Positions 1 to 11,700 of a DNA stretch of 64,000 nt are shown here, in pieces (the first letter of the stretch is position 1; each line of letters opens with the position of its first letter). The position numbers and the translations under genes were made by a program. A model generated the notes under the pieces. The model did not search any database. It was not told the origin of the DNA and was given only the letters and a program-made list of their open reading frames with translations. The DNA is from Lama glama (Eukaryota): positions 4,342,001 to 4,406,000 of the forward strand of contig CM052816.1 in assembly GCA_028534125.1 (NCBI GenBank), given 5' to 3'.

Positions 1-834
1 ACCATCCATGTTACATGAGCTGAGCTAATGTCTCCTCATTTTGTCTTTACTGTGGACTTCAGTTTCTGTCATTTGCAACAGAATGAGTTCAGACTAAAAA
101 GGGACATTATTGTAAATGGAACAATGCACTTTGTTCAGAAAAGGAACACTTTGCACTCCTTTTTCTTTACTGAACATTTCTTAAGTAGCATAGTTCTAGG
201 AAAAAGAGAGAAAGTATGATCACACAATCCAGACAGACACTGTCATCAATGATACATATGGCTTTCACATACCCCAAAGTAATATTAGCTAGCTCCCTAA
301 GGGCCAGTCCCAGCACATAAAATAGGGAAGAATATGGTAAGCACTAAATAAATGGAAACTAGTAGCAGTCACAGTAATACCTGGAACACACAGTTTATTT
401 ATACTGAAAAAAAACCTTCTTTTTCAGTATATCAGTTTCTCTATGATGTCCTGTTAGGTGACTCCAATTTGTCAATCATTCATTACCATACACAGTATTA
501 CTATGGATAAGCCAGTATTATACATATGTCTTCCATAAACTGTGTGAGAATTCTTGATACATATAGCCAAAAGCAGGTATAGGGGGTCAAGGAATATTTA
601 CAACTTCAAGTTTACTATGTCAAAATAAATTGTTCTCAAAAGTGCGCTGACCCGTGTATATTCCCATCTGCAATTTGCATATCTTGAACATTACTGAGAA
701 AAATAGAATTCTACGTTAATAAATGAAAAATAAATTGATGTGAGAAATCTCACAATGGCGAAAGAACTAGGAAAGAATCTGACATTAAAAGTAATACATT
801 TAATCTGACCCATTTCATCCTGCTCTCTTAATAG

Positions 835-837
<3 letters not shown>

Positions 838-873
<36 letters not shown>
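838..873. repeat. (TA)n microsatellite
   Basis: About 17 uninterrupted TA units read directly. Confidence 0.95.
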
Positions 874-876
<3 letters not shown>

Positions 877-1024
877 ATAATTTTCAAAGCACTCAACTCT
901 TTTTTATGTACTGAAGACAAGGGGTCAGGGAAAAGGATGAGAAACATGAATTCAAAAAAATATGTTCTTACATCTAATTGTATAGCCAGGACCAATACTG
1001 CCCCACAAAAGCATTTGCCCAGAT

Positions 1025-1350
1025 TCTAACTGGTCTCTTCTAGCTGAAGCCCAAGTAGTCCTTCTAAAATCCAGTTGGATCATGACTCCCCCCTGCTTCA
1101 AACAATGCAGCAACTACCCACTCAAATTCAAAAGATTTCCACAGCATCTCTTCAGCCAGCCCACTGTGCTTACCTTTCCAGTGTCACCTCTCACTGCTGA
1201 TTCCGAGACCTTCTTATGCTCCACGTGGTTCAACAGCTTTTAGTTCTGCCTTCTCTTTTTCTGCCCAAGTCTTCAGGGATGCCCAGAAATCTCCCCCATT
1301 CACTTCTAAGCCACCACTCTCCCACTTTCTCTGGCCTAACTCCTATTCTT
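1025..1350 (+). mobile_element. L2 LINE fragment
   Basis: ctaactggtctc...ctaaaatccagttggatcatgactccccctgcttcaaac resembles the L2 3' region; heavily diverged. Confidence 0.55.
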
Positions 1351-1351
1351 G

Positions 1352-1816
1352 TTTTTTTCTGAAGTACATTTGATTGATATTATATTAGTTTCTATTATAT
1401 ATTAGTTTCCAGTGTACAGCACAGTGATTCAGTATTATAATTACAATTTATACTTCATTAAAATGTATTGCAAGATAATGGCTAAAGTCCCCTGTGTTAC
1501 ACAATCCATGCTTGTTGCTTATCTATTTTATACATAGTAGTTCGTATTTCTTAACCCATATCCCTAACGCATCCCCCACCCCTTCCCTCTTCATACCGGT
1601 AACCATCAGTATGTTTTCTATATCTGTGAGTCTGTTTCCGTTTTGCTATATGTTTTTATTTGTATTATTTTTTAGATTCCACGTATCAGTGATACCATGT
1701 GATATTGGTTTTTCTCTGTCTGACTTATTTCACTAAGCATAATATTGTCCAGATCCACCAACGTTGCTGCAAATGACAGAAACTCACTCTTTTTTATGGC
1801 CAAGTAATATTCTATT
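1352..1816 (-). mobile_element. L1 3' end fragment (5'-truncated)
   Basis: T-rich start, then tattagtttccagtgtacagcacagtgattcag ... tctgacttatttcactaagcataata ... tttttatggccaagtaatattc, the reverse complement of an L1 3' UTR/ORF2 end. Confidence 0.85.
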
Positions 1817-2699
1817 TCCACAGCAAGGACCAAGGCTGGTTTACCTACTATAGTGGCTCATCCTTATGATCAGCAAATATCACAGTGATCTAAAGTGTGT
1901 AACAGCATAAGCCTGGAGCCACAAATAGGACTTCATGAGGAGGCAAGACCAAAATATAAGGCTAGATCAATTCTTCCTATTTTGTGTTCTACACAAACTT
2001 TTCTTGTTTCTTCTGTTTATCATATATATAATGGTAGATTACTTCTGCAGCTTTTTTACTACTACACATTATACTCAAAACAATTCATAGCCTTCATTTC
2101 CGCACAGAGGACAAAATGCTTTACCCTAGCTCTCCTGGAGTCTGAGGTCTGAGAGATGTTTGACATTGCTGCAATGTTATTTTCAACATGAATTAATTGT
2201 AGAATGAACCAGTGCTATTATTTGTTATTCTTATTAATCTGGGACAAAGAATCTGTCTTACTCTGGGTTGCTTAATTTCATCATCTTGCATTGGTTTCCT
2301 CTGTAACATACAGAATACTTTGAGTGACTATGCTTTCAGAGTCTATGACAAAAAAATGTGTAGATTCTAACTTTTAAGAATATAGAAAGTCTGTACTAGG
2401 CCATATCAGTCACCAAGAAGCTAGATTTTCTGTCCCAAAGGTCACCAGAATTAGGAGTATAACTCAAGTTCTGCTTAAGAGCTCAATATGAGAGTCATCT
2501 ATGAATTCATGTAAACTCTCCTTCAACTTACTTATATTCTAAGTCTATATCACAAACTTTAAAAAATCCTTTAAATTCTGACAAAATTTCTTTCATTTAT
2601 CCTTCTTTGCCTCTTCAAGCATTAATAGGATGAGGAGTAGTACCTTAATTTCCCACCAAAGGCATTCACAATTATGGGGTTTCTTTCTACAGATACAGG

Positions 2700-2810
2700 C
2701 ACTTCCATAAATGATTTACACATACTTCGTCATTTAATCTTTAAAATATCTTAGACAAATAGATACACATATCCCAATTTTCAGATGACAGAACTGAAGC
2801 TCAGAGAAAA
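2700..2810 (-). mobile_element. MIR SINE fragment
   Basis: cccaattttcagatgacagaactgaagctcagaga matches the reverse-complemented MIR core. Confidence 0.65.
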
Positions 2811-4934
2811 AACGAGGTCCCTCTCCCTCTTTCCCTCTACTCATTCTATCTCTGGGATGAATCTTCTGATTTTAGACAATTCTTACCTTCATGGAGCTGG
2901 GATCTATTTTTATGTGCATCATTTTTCTAAAAAGTGAGACTCACGGACTTATTCTATCCCTGAAAACATTTAGAGGCAAGATCCTCTTTGTCTCAGAGCT
3001 CTTGCCATGTAAGAGGTCCATATTCGGTACTTTGGGACAGCTGCTAAAATCACTACTGATAATGAAGTAGTCTCTGCTTGCTCAACTTATTTTCTCCCTA
3101 AATGAGCTTTACAAGTGTTTTTTCAAACTTTCTGTAGCAGCCAAACTTTGTAAAATAAAAGCTTTTATGAAATTCAAATACATATTAATTGAAATGAATG
3201 GAAGGAACCTGGAGTTGTTCTCCTAGACCCCTACCTCTCCATCTGCTCAGCCCTTCCTCTCCATGGAGGCCATATTTCAACTGACCCATCTGACTTATCA
3301 GAATGTCTCACTGACCCATGGAGAATTTCAACTGATCCATGGAGAATTCCTGGGTTTCACGGTAGGCAGGTACACACCACTAACTATATTCTCTTACTCA
3401 TTCTTTACCTAGGATCACGTGCTAGACTGACCTTAATGATCAAGTAGTCTGAGGAATACAAAGATTTATGATAATTAATTGAAAATATCTGTTAGTTTAT
3501 AATTTGGTTTATAAAAATATGGACATAGACAGACTAAGAATCACACCAAAGAGCCACTTCCTTCTGTGTCCTTTCATCTGAGGGTTTGCTGGGCTGTGTG
3601 ACAGATGGAAATTACCAAAGAACCCGAGGTGAGAACACTCATAGGATTCCATGACCTATTTTTTAGGAAGGTCGCCACAAAACTGGAGCAAAAAGATGTT
3701 TATCTTTTGAGTTTCCTAAAAATTATGATCAAAAAATGATTCTTCACTTTTAGGAAATCTGGTTTCTCTGAGTCTCAGTTTTCTCATTTCTATCAAAGTT
3801 AACCTAGATGGTGTCTGGGACCATTTCCAAGCCTAACAGTTCACCATTTAACTGAATTGAAAGTTTTACTTTACCTCTCAAGGAACTGAATATATAATAA
3901 AAGCTAAACTCATTCCATAATTTTAGTCTGAATATACAGACAGAAGATAAGCCAGCATGGTGAATCTTAATACTCAAACTATTGCTCTGAGTTGAAGAAT
4001 GACCAAGTCAGAAGTGTGATAACCACAGGTACTTTTCCAAAGTCTGTGACACATTCTGATAAGTCAAACTGATTATAGCATATAGAGTTATTCTGTTCAA
4101 AGTCATTTCATGTCTTTTATTCTCTTCAAATTAGAGCTAAAAAATAAGTCTCTATATTCCAAAGTGTCTTGCAAACGCAAAAAGTTTGAAAGTCACTGCT
4201 ATATATCATTGTTAATGAGTAAACCATTCATACTGAACTGTGCATTTCTAGAAATTGTGTTTTCACCTTTGCACCTAGTGAAACTACATTCCACCTCCCA
4301 TCATTATGGAATGCCACCTCATCTGAGGTGGTACTGCTCTCATCAATTCAAATGCCACTGCACCTCCTTTCCCAAAGAGCTGCAAGACAAGTAATTATCA
4401 ACAGTTGTTGCAAAGGCACCAGATGGAATTTCAAAGGATAAATAAGTACATTTACTCTGCAGTGGGGGATTTCAAAATTTCCTTTCAAACAGAGCCAATT
4501 AAGATAGAGAGGAAGAAAAATAATGCACTATCCATGTCACTATTTTAATTGGCTCCACAAAGAGAGCATTTTCTAACCATATGAAATCAAATCTTGCCAG
4601 AATGCACAAAATTTACTCAGATATGTAGACAACAAAATATGACTCTGAATGCCACAGAGCTTCCTGAGCATCTTTTCAAACAGTGACTGTGACACGTTGT
4701 TCAAGGGAAAGAACTAAGTGTCATGCAATGAGCTAATGTTCCATGCTGTAATCAGATGGAGAAAGAGGGAATCCAGAATTTGTCTACATCATTGCTGTAC
4801 AGGTTAAAAAGTGGGATGTAAGGACCCAAATCTACTAAGAGTTTTTTTTATGTTTATTTTTGTGTCTTAATTTCCATAAGTCTGACGCAAGAATTTTTTT
4901 CCAGTAAATTAATGTGTCCTTTAGGAATCCTTAA

Positions 4935-5381
4935 AAATTGTCCAAAAGTATATGAATAACCAAGTCACAAAAGGAAAAACATGAATGTCCACTAAATACG
5001 AGAAAGTACTTAGATAAATCCAAATGGAAATAAAAACATGATACCTCTTTTTATCTACCATAAAGGCAAGTATAAAAAAATCACATCATACCAAGTGTTG
5101 GCAAGGATGTGAGAGGACAAGAATTGATGGGGGGAATATAAAATGGAACAGCTATTTCAAAAAATCTGGTTGTTTTTGGATAAATTAGGTTATAAATATG
5201 CCTAGAAGTCTCATATTTGATATTCTGGTCTATAGAATCTCTCACATTGGTTCCTAATAGGTTTATAAGGGGATATGTACAGAGATATTCAACAAAGACA
5301 GCATTTTTGTGACAGTGGTGATTTGGAGACAAGTTAGATGTCTATCAGTAAGAAATTGGATACTTTAAAATGTGGGATATG
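4935..5381 (+). mobile_element. Old L1M(E-like) ORF2-end fragment, interrupted by a younger L1 and resuming at about 7057-7220
   Basis: ataccaagtgttggcaaggatgtgaga...aaatggaacagctatttc and atgtctatcagtaagaaattgga are typical diverged L1 ORF2 3' sequence. Confidence 0.7.
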
Positions 5382-7041
5382 CAAATTGCCCATGACATTT
5401 TTCACAGAACTAGAATAATCCTAAAATTTATATGCAATCACACACACAAAAAACCCCCAGAATTGCCAAAGCATTACTTAAGAAAAAGAATGAAGCTGGA
5501 GGAATAAACCTTCCAGACTTCAGACAATACTACAGAGCTACAGTCATCAAAACAGCATGGTATTGGCACCAAAACAGACATATAGATCAATGGAACAGAA
5601 TAGAGAGCCCAGAAATAAGCCCATAGACTTACAGTCAATTAATCTTTGACAAAGGAGGCAAGAATATACAACAAAGAAAAGACAGTCTCTTCAGCAAGCA
5701 GTGTTGGGAAAACTGGACAGCCACATGTAAATTAATGAAGTTAGAACACTCTCTACACTATATAAATTCAAAATAAACTCAAAATGGCTTAAAGATTTAA
5801 ATATAAGAGAAGACACTATACACCTCCCAGAAGAAAATATAAGCAAAATATTTTCTGATATAAATCTTAGCAATGTTCTCCTAGGGCAGTCTGTCCATGA
5901 AAGAGAAATAAAAACAAAAATAGACAAATGGGACCTAATTAAACTTACAAGCTTTTGCACAGCAAAGGAAACCATAAGCAGAACAAAGCAACCTACAGAA
6001 TGGGAGAAAATATTTGCAAATGATGCAACTGACAAGGGCGTAATTTTCAGAATATATAAACAAATCATATGACTTAATAAGAAAAAAAACAAACAACCCA
6101 ATCCAAAAATGGGCAGAAGACCTAAGCAAGAAATTCTCCAATGAAGACATACAAATGGCTAACAGGCTCATGAAAAAATGCTCAGTATAACTAATTATTG
6201 GTGAAATACAAATCAAAACTACAGTGAGGTATCATTTCACACCAGTCAGAATGACCATCATTCAAAAGTCCACAAACAATAATTGCTGGAGAGGGTGTGG
6301 AGAAAAGGGAACTCTCCTACACTTCTGATGGGAATGCAGTTTGCTTCAGCCATTATGGAAAACAGCATGGAGATTTCTCGAAAAAACAGACATAGACTTA
6401 CCACATGATCTAGCAATTCCACTCCTGGGCATATATCCAGAACGAACTCTAATTCAAAAAGGTACGTGCGCTCCAATGTTCATAGCAGTACTATATACGA
6501 TAGCCAAGACATGGAAACAACCTAAATGTCTATCGACAGATGACTGGATAAAGAAGCTGTGGTATATGTATACAATGGAATACTAGTCAGCCATAAAAAA
6601 TAATAAAATAATGCCATTTGCAGTAACAAGGACATCCCTGGAGAATGTCATTCTAAGTGAAGTATGCCAGAAAGACAAAGAAAAATACCATATGAGATCA
6701 CTTATATGTGGAATCTAAAAAAAAGAAAAGACACTAATGAACTTACCTACAAAACAGAAGCAGACTCACAGATATAATTAACAATCTTATGGTTACCGGG
6801 GGGATGTGGGGTGGAAAGGGATAAATTGTGAGTTTGAGATTTGCAAATATTGACTAGTATATATAAAATAAACAATATTGTATAGCACATGGAACAATAT
6901 TTAGTATCATGTAGTAACCTATAATGAAAAAGACTATAAAAATGTATGTATTACTGAAACACTACGCTATACACCAGAAATAACTGATGCACTGTAAACT
7001 GACTATACTTCAGTAAAATAATAAAATAAAATAAGTAAAAT
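5382..7041 (+). mobile_element. 5'-truncated L1 (ORF2 C-terminal part, 3' UTR, A-rich tail) with target-site duplication
   Basis: ORF remnants match L1 ORF2 ([51 protein letters not shown]...AIPLLGIYP...WKQPKCLSTDDWIKKLWYMYTMEY). A-rich tail at 7015-7041. TSD aaaatgtgg(g/a)atatg at 5367-5381 and 7042-7056, at a TT|AAAA endonuclease site. Confidence 0.95.
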
Positions 7042-7232
7042 AAAATGTGGAATATGTATTACAGAGTACAATTCAGAAACAACACACTAGGTTTACAACA
7101 ATAACATGGACCAATCTCAAGAACAGTGTTGAACAAAAGAAAAAAATAAAACGTATGATAGCACATTGTCTTATGTAAATTAGAACCCCATACCCTGCAA
7201 GCTAGCAATTTATAGTTTATAAGGATACATAT

Positions 7233-7392
7233 GGGGAGGAGGGCATAGCTCAAGTGGTAGACCACATGCTTAGCATACATAAGGTCCAGGGTTGAATCCC
7301 CAGTACCTAATAGATAGACAGACAGACAGACAGATCGATCAACCGACCGATTGATCTAATTACCTCCCCCCCAAAAACAAAACAAAACAAAA
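7233..7392 (+). mobile_element. tRNA-derived SINE, camelid vic-1 type
   Basis: ggggaggagggcatagctcaagtggtag (A box 7246-7260), ggttgaatccc (B box 7290-7300), linker, taattacctccccccc and an (AAAAC)n tail; homologous to the copy at 35333-35472. Confidence 0.85.
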
Positions 7393-8492
7393 TACATGTA
7401 GATGTAAGGACATTACAGCATGCATTTTAGAGAGAGTGTCTTCGGGAGAAGTAGAATGAACCTGAGGTTTGGAGGTAAAAGGGAAATGATGAACTAAAAC
7501 AAGAGGCAGGAATTTCTGGAACAAATCATGGAAATCTGCAATGTGCTGAAGTGTGTGATAAGCTCACATTTCTACAACCAAGATTCAAAAAAAGGAAACA
7601 AAAATCAAAATATAGAATTCATCTTATCCCACTAAGGACTGCTTCACTTAAATATAACCCTACTTACTTACAAAATAGCATATTCAGCAATAAGAGTAAA
7701 TATTAAGCAAAAGATCAAATCTGTATTGTGTAACTTCTAAGCATAAGACACCACTAGGATGGTACAAAAAACAAACAAACAAACAAACAACAAACGAAAA
7801 ACAGACATCCAGCTAACTGTCAGGTACTCAATGGAAACCAAACCCCAGGCAGGACATTGCTAAATGTAAAAAAGATTAAAATATGGAACCACTACTGACG
7901 TTTTGCTACTTTGATTTTATCAGGCAGGATAAAGCCTTAGAAACTTACATACAGATTATAAAATGATAAGAGCATACATACACGTCTGTGGAGATCACAG
8001 AAACCTATTTCAGAAAAGCTTGCAACACAACTTTTCCCAACAAAGTTCAATTCATTTTACGACCTCTTCTTTTGTAACTGCCTTCAAATTCTCTGGCACT
8101 TTAATTTTAAAATTCTCAACGGTAGTAAAACTTACATTTGAAAGATGTGGTTCATTTTTTGAATGATTATTGCTGAAGTCATAAATTAACTTCTATTAGT
8201 GTAATTCCAAAGAATTACAGAGTGTAGAGTATGTTCACAAAGTCCAGCTCTTTTGGCAAAGTGTTTCAGAATAAAGTGAATACAAATATTGATCAGGTAG
8301 AGGCACCTATTAGAAACTTTGCTATAAAACAAAGAAGGAGATTTTATTAATATGCTATGAAATGGATCTATTGGCAAAACTAAAACTAGTCCAAATGCAT
8401 TTTAAACAATGGTTGCAATAACCTAAAAATAAATATGTAGCCTTATAACTTTCTAAGGTGACAAGTTTAGACACTGAGGCTCTGGCATTTTT

Positions 8493-8609
8493 TTTTTATT
8501 TTAAGGATTTTATTGATTCATAATCATTTTACAGTGTTGTGTCAAATTCCAGTGTTCAGCACAATTTTTCAGTCATTCATGGACATATACACACTCATTG
8601 TCACATTTT
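8493..8609 (-). mobile_element. Very short L1 3' terminal stub with TSD
   Basis: PolyT plus L1 3' end (ttttacagtgttgtgtcaaattccagtgttcagcacaatttttcagtc) flanked by tggcattttt at 8483-8492 and 8610-8619; similar to the stub at 60661. Confidence 0.85.
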
Positions 8610-8752
8610 TGGCATTTTTGTCTTAAAAATACATTTCATTATATTTTAAACACTATGAGTGTTCACAGAACTACTAGCCCTAATAGCATCACTATGTAGA
8701 GCAAAAACAGAACATCAGAAGGCCTGGGTTTTATTCTCTTTTCTTCCAATTA

Positions 8753-11700
8753 CAGTCATTTCTTCTATAATACTTGCTTTGAAAAGGCAGATGTGTTGCG
8801 ATGCATGGATATATTAGGAAACAATTTGACCATAGCACAAATTTAGCATTTGCATGTGCACAATTTTATCCACCAAAAACACTGCACTAGTTGAACAAAG
8901 AACCTACATCCAGAGCCTAGCCATACAGACAGACAGGAAACAGACATACCTCAAACATCCACCAGCAACCAGTTCACTGTGTGTGTGTTATCCTACAATG
9001 TTGTATTCTGCTATTCTTATACATATGAGCTTGGTTACATGAAAGAACACTCTTGCAACATCCTACTTGTGTTGAACTATCCAGATTCAAAAATGCCAAG
9101 AAGTGCTTGCAAAGGAAAACTTTAACTCTTGAGGAAAAGCCTAAAATAAGCATTTTGAAAGAAACAAGAGAACCTGTTGTGGATAGGGATCCAAGATGGT
9201 GGCACAGGAAAACTCTGAACTCACCTCCTTCCATGGACACATCACATCTATACCTACATGTACAGCAATTCCTCCTGAAGACCTGAAGTCTGACTGAACA
9301 ATTTCTGCACAGAGAAGGACCACATGGAAACAGACAGGAAAGACAAAGGCACAGTGTCTACAGGAACCTCACCCCCTATGAGGTGACCTGCAGCAGGGAG
9401 GGACATCACTAATGGGATGGAATACAAACTCCCTGGCCTTGAGACAGTGAAAACATGGCAGTTTAAAGGGCACACAGACCGTATAGGAAGGAATCTATAT
9501 ACCAACCTTAAAGCATCTGTCAAACAGGCAAGGAACTACTGTAAGTCTCTCTGGGGTCAGAGACACCAGCAAAAGTGTGGAGCTTGAGAATGTGATTTCT
9601 ATGAAATATTTAAAGAGTTTAACACCTATGCTTCTCAGATTCCTCCAAAAAATTAAAGAGGAAGGAACACTTTCATTTTACTAGTCCAACATCAACCTGA
9701 TACCAAAACCAGAGACATCACAACAAAGAAAATTACAGGCCAATATTCCTGATGAACATAGATTTAGAAATTTTCAATAAAACATTAGCAAATTGAGTTC
9801 AATAATACATTAAAAGGATCATACACCATGATCAAGTGGGATTCATTCCAGGAATGCATGGATGGTGTAACATCCACAAATGAATCAGTATATTAACAAT
9901 CTTCCACAGTAACAAAACAAAGGATACAAAATATATAATTATCTCAAAAGACGCAGAAAAAGCATTTGATAAAATTCAATATCAATTTATAATTTTAAAA
10001 CTTTCAACAAAACAGTTATAGAGGGAATATAACCCAACAAAATAAAGGTCCTATATGACAAACCCACCGCTAACATCATACTTAACTTTCAGCTTTTTTC
10101 TAAGATTGGAAACAAGACAAGGATGTCCATCCTTGCCTCTTTTATTCAACATAGGATTGGAAGTCCTAGCCACAGAAATCAGGAAGGAAAAAGAAACAAA
10201 AGGTATCCCATTGGGATGAAAGAAGCAAAAGTGTTACTATTTGTAGATGACATCACACTGTATAGAGAAAACCCTAAAGACTCCACCAAAAAACTATGAG
10301 AACTAATACATGAATTCAGTGAAGTTGCAGGATACAAAATTAACATACAGAAATATGTTGTATTTCTATACCCTGAGAACAAACTATCAGAAAAGGAAAG
10401 GAAGAAAAACACCAGTTATAACTGTATTACAAAGACTAAAATACCTAGGAACAAATTTAATCAGGGAAGTGAAAGATCTGAACTTTGAAAACTATAAGAC
10501 ACTGAAAATAAATTGAAGGTAACACAAATAAGTGGAAAGATACATCATGCTCATGGGCTGGAAAAATTACTATGACTAAAATGTCCACACCCAAAGCAAT
10601 CTACAGACTGAATGTAATTCTTACCAAAATACTAACGGCATTTTTCACAAACTAGAACAAATAATCCTAAAATTTCTATGAAACCACAAAAGACTCTGAA
10701 CAGCCAAAACAATCTTAAGAAAGAAAAACAAAGCTGGAGGTATCAAGCTCGCAGATGTGACACTATACTACAGAGCAATAGTAATCAAAACAGTATGATA
10801 CTGGCACTAAACAGACACATAGATCAATGGATCAGAACAGAGAGCCTGGAAACAAACCCACGTTCATACGGTCAAATAATCTATTACAAAGGAAGCAAGA
10901 ATGTGCAGTGAGGAAAAGATAGTCTCTTCAACAAATGGTGCTGGGAAAACTGGAGAGCTATGTGCAAAAGAATACAATTAGGCCACTTTCTTACACTGTA
11001 TACAAAAATAAATGCAAAATGAATTAAAAACTTAAATGTAAGACTAACAGCATAGATTTGAAAGGCAGTAATCTCTGACAGTGGTCTTGGCTGTATTTTT
11101 TTTTTTTTGAATTTGTCTCCTCAGGAAAGGGAAACAAAAGTAAAAATAAACAAATGGGGCTACATCAAGCTAAAAAGATTTGCACAGTGAAGGAAACCAC
11201 CACCAAAACAAAAAGGCAACCTACCGAACAGGAGAGCATATTTGTAAATGTTATATCCACTAAGGGATTATTATCCAAAATGTGTCAAAAATTTCATACA
11301 ACCCAGTATCAGAAAAACCACCAACGCTGTTAAAAAAGGGCAGAGAACCTGAAAAGATTTTTCAAAGGAGACACACAGACGGCCAAGAGGCACATAAAAG
11401 ATGTTCAGTATCACTGATGATTAGGGAAATTAAAAAACAAAATCACAGTGAGATATCACTGCACACCTGTAAGGATGGACATTTTCAAAAAGACAAGATA
11501 CAGCAAGTGTTGGCAAGGATGTGGAGAAAAGGGAACTCTTGTGCACTGCTGGTGAGAATGTAAATTAGTGTAGCCACTACGGAAAACAGAATGGAGGTTC
11601 CTCGAAAAACTAAAGCAAAAAGTAGAACCACCATATGATCCAGCAGTTCCACTTATGGGTATTTATTAGGAGCAAATGAAAACAGTAAATCGAAAAGATA

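Noticed and set aside
7233..7310. tRNA-like sequence with A and B boxes (also 35400-35472)
   Set aside because: Followed by SINE linker and A-rich tail and present as diverged copies; a SINE head, not a tRNA gene.
5432..11563. ORFs resembling L1 ORF2 protein segments
   Set aside because: Frameshifted, stop-interrupted L1 fossils, not host genes or active elements.
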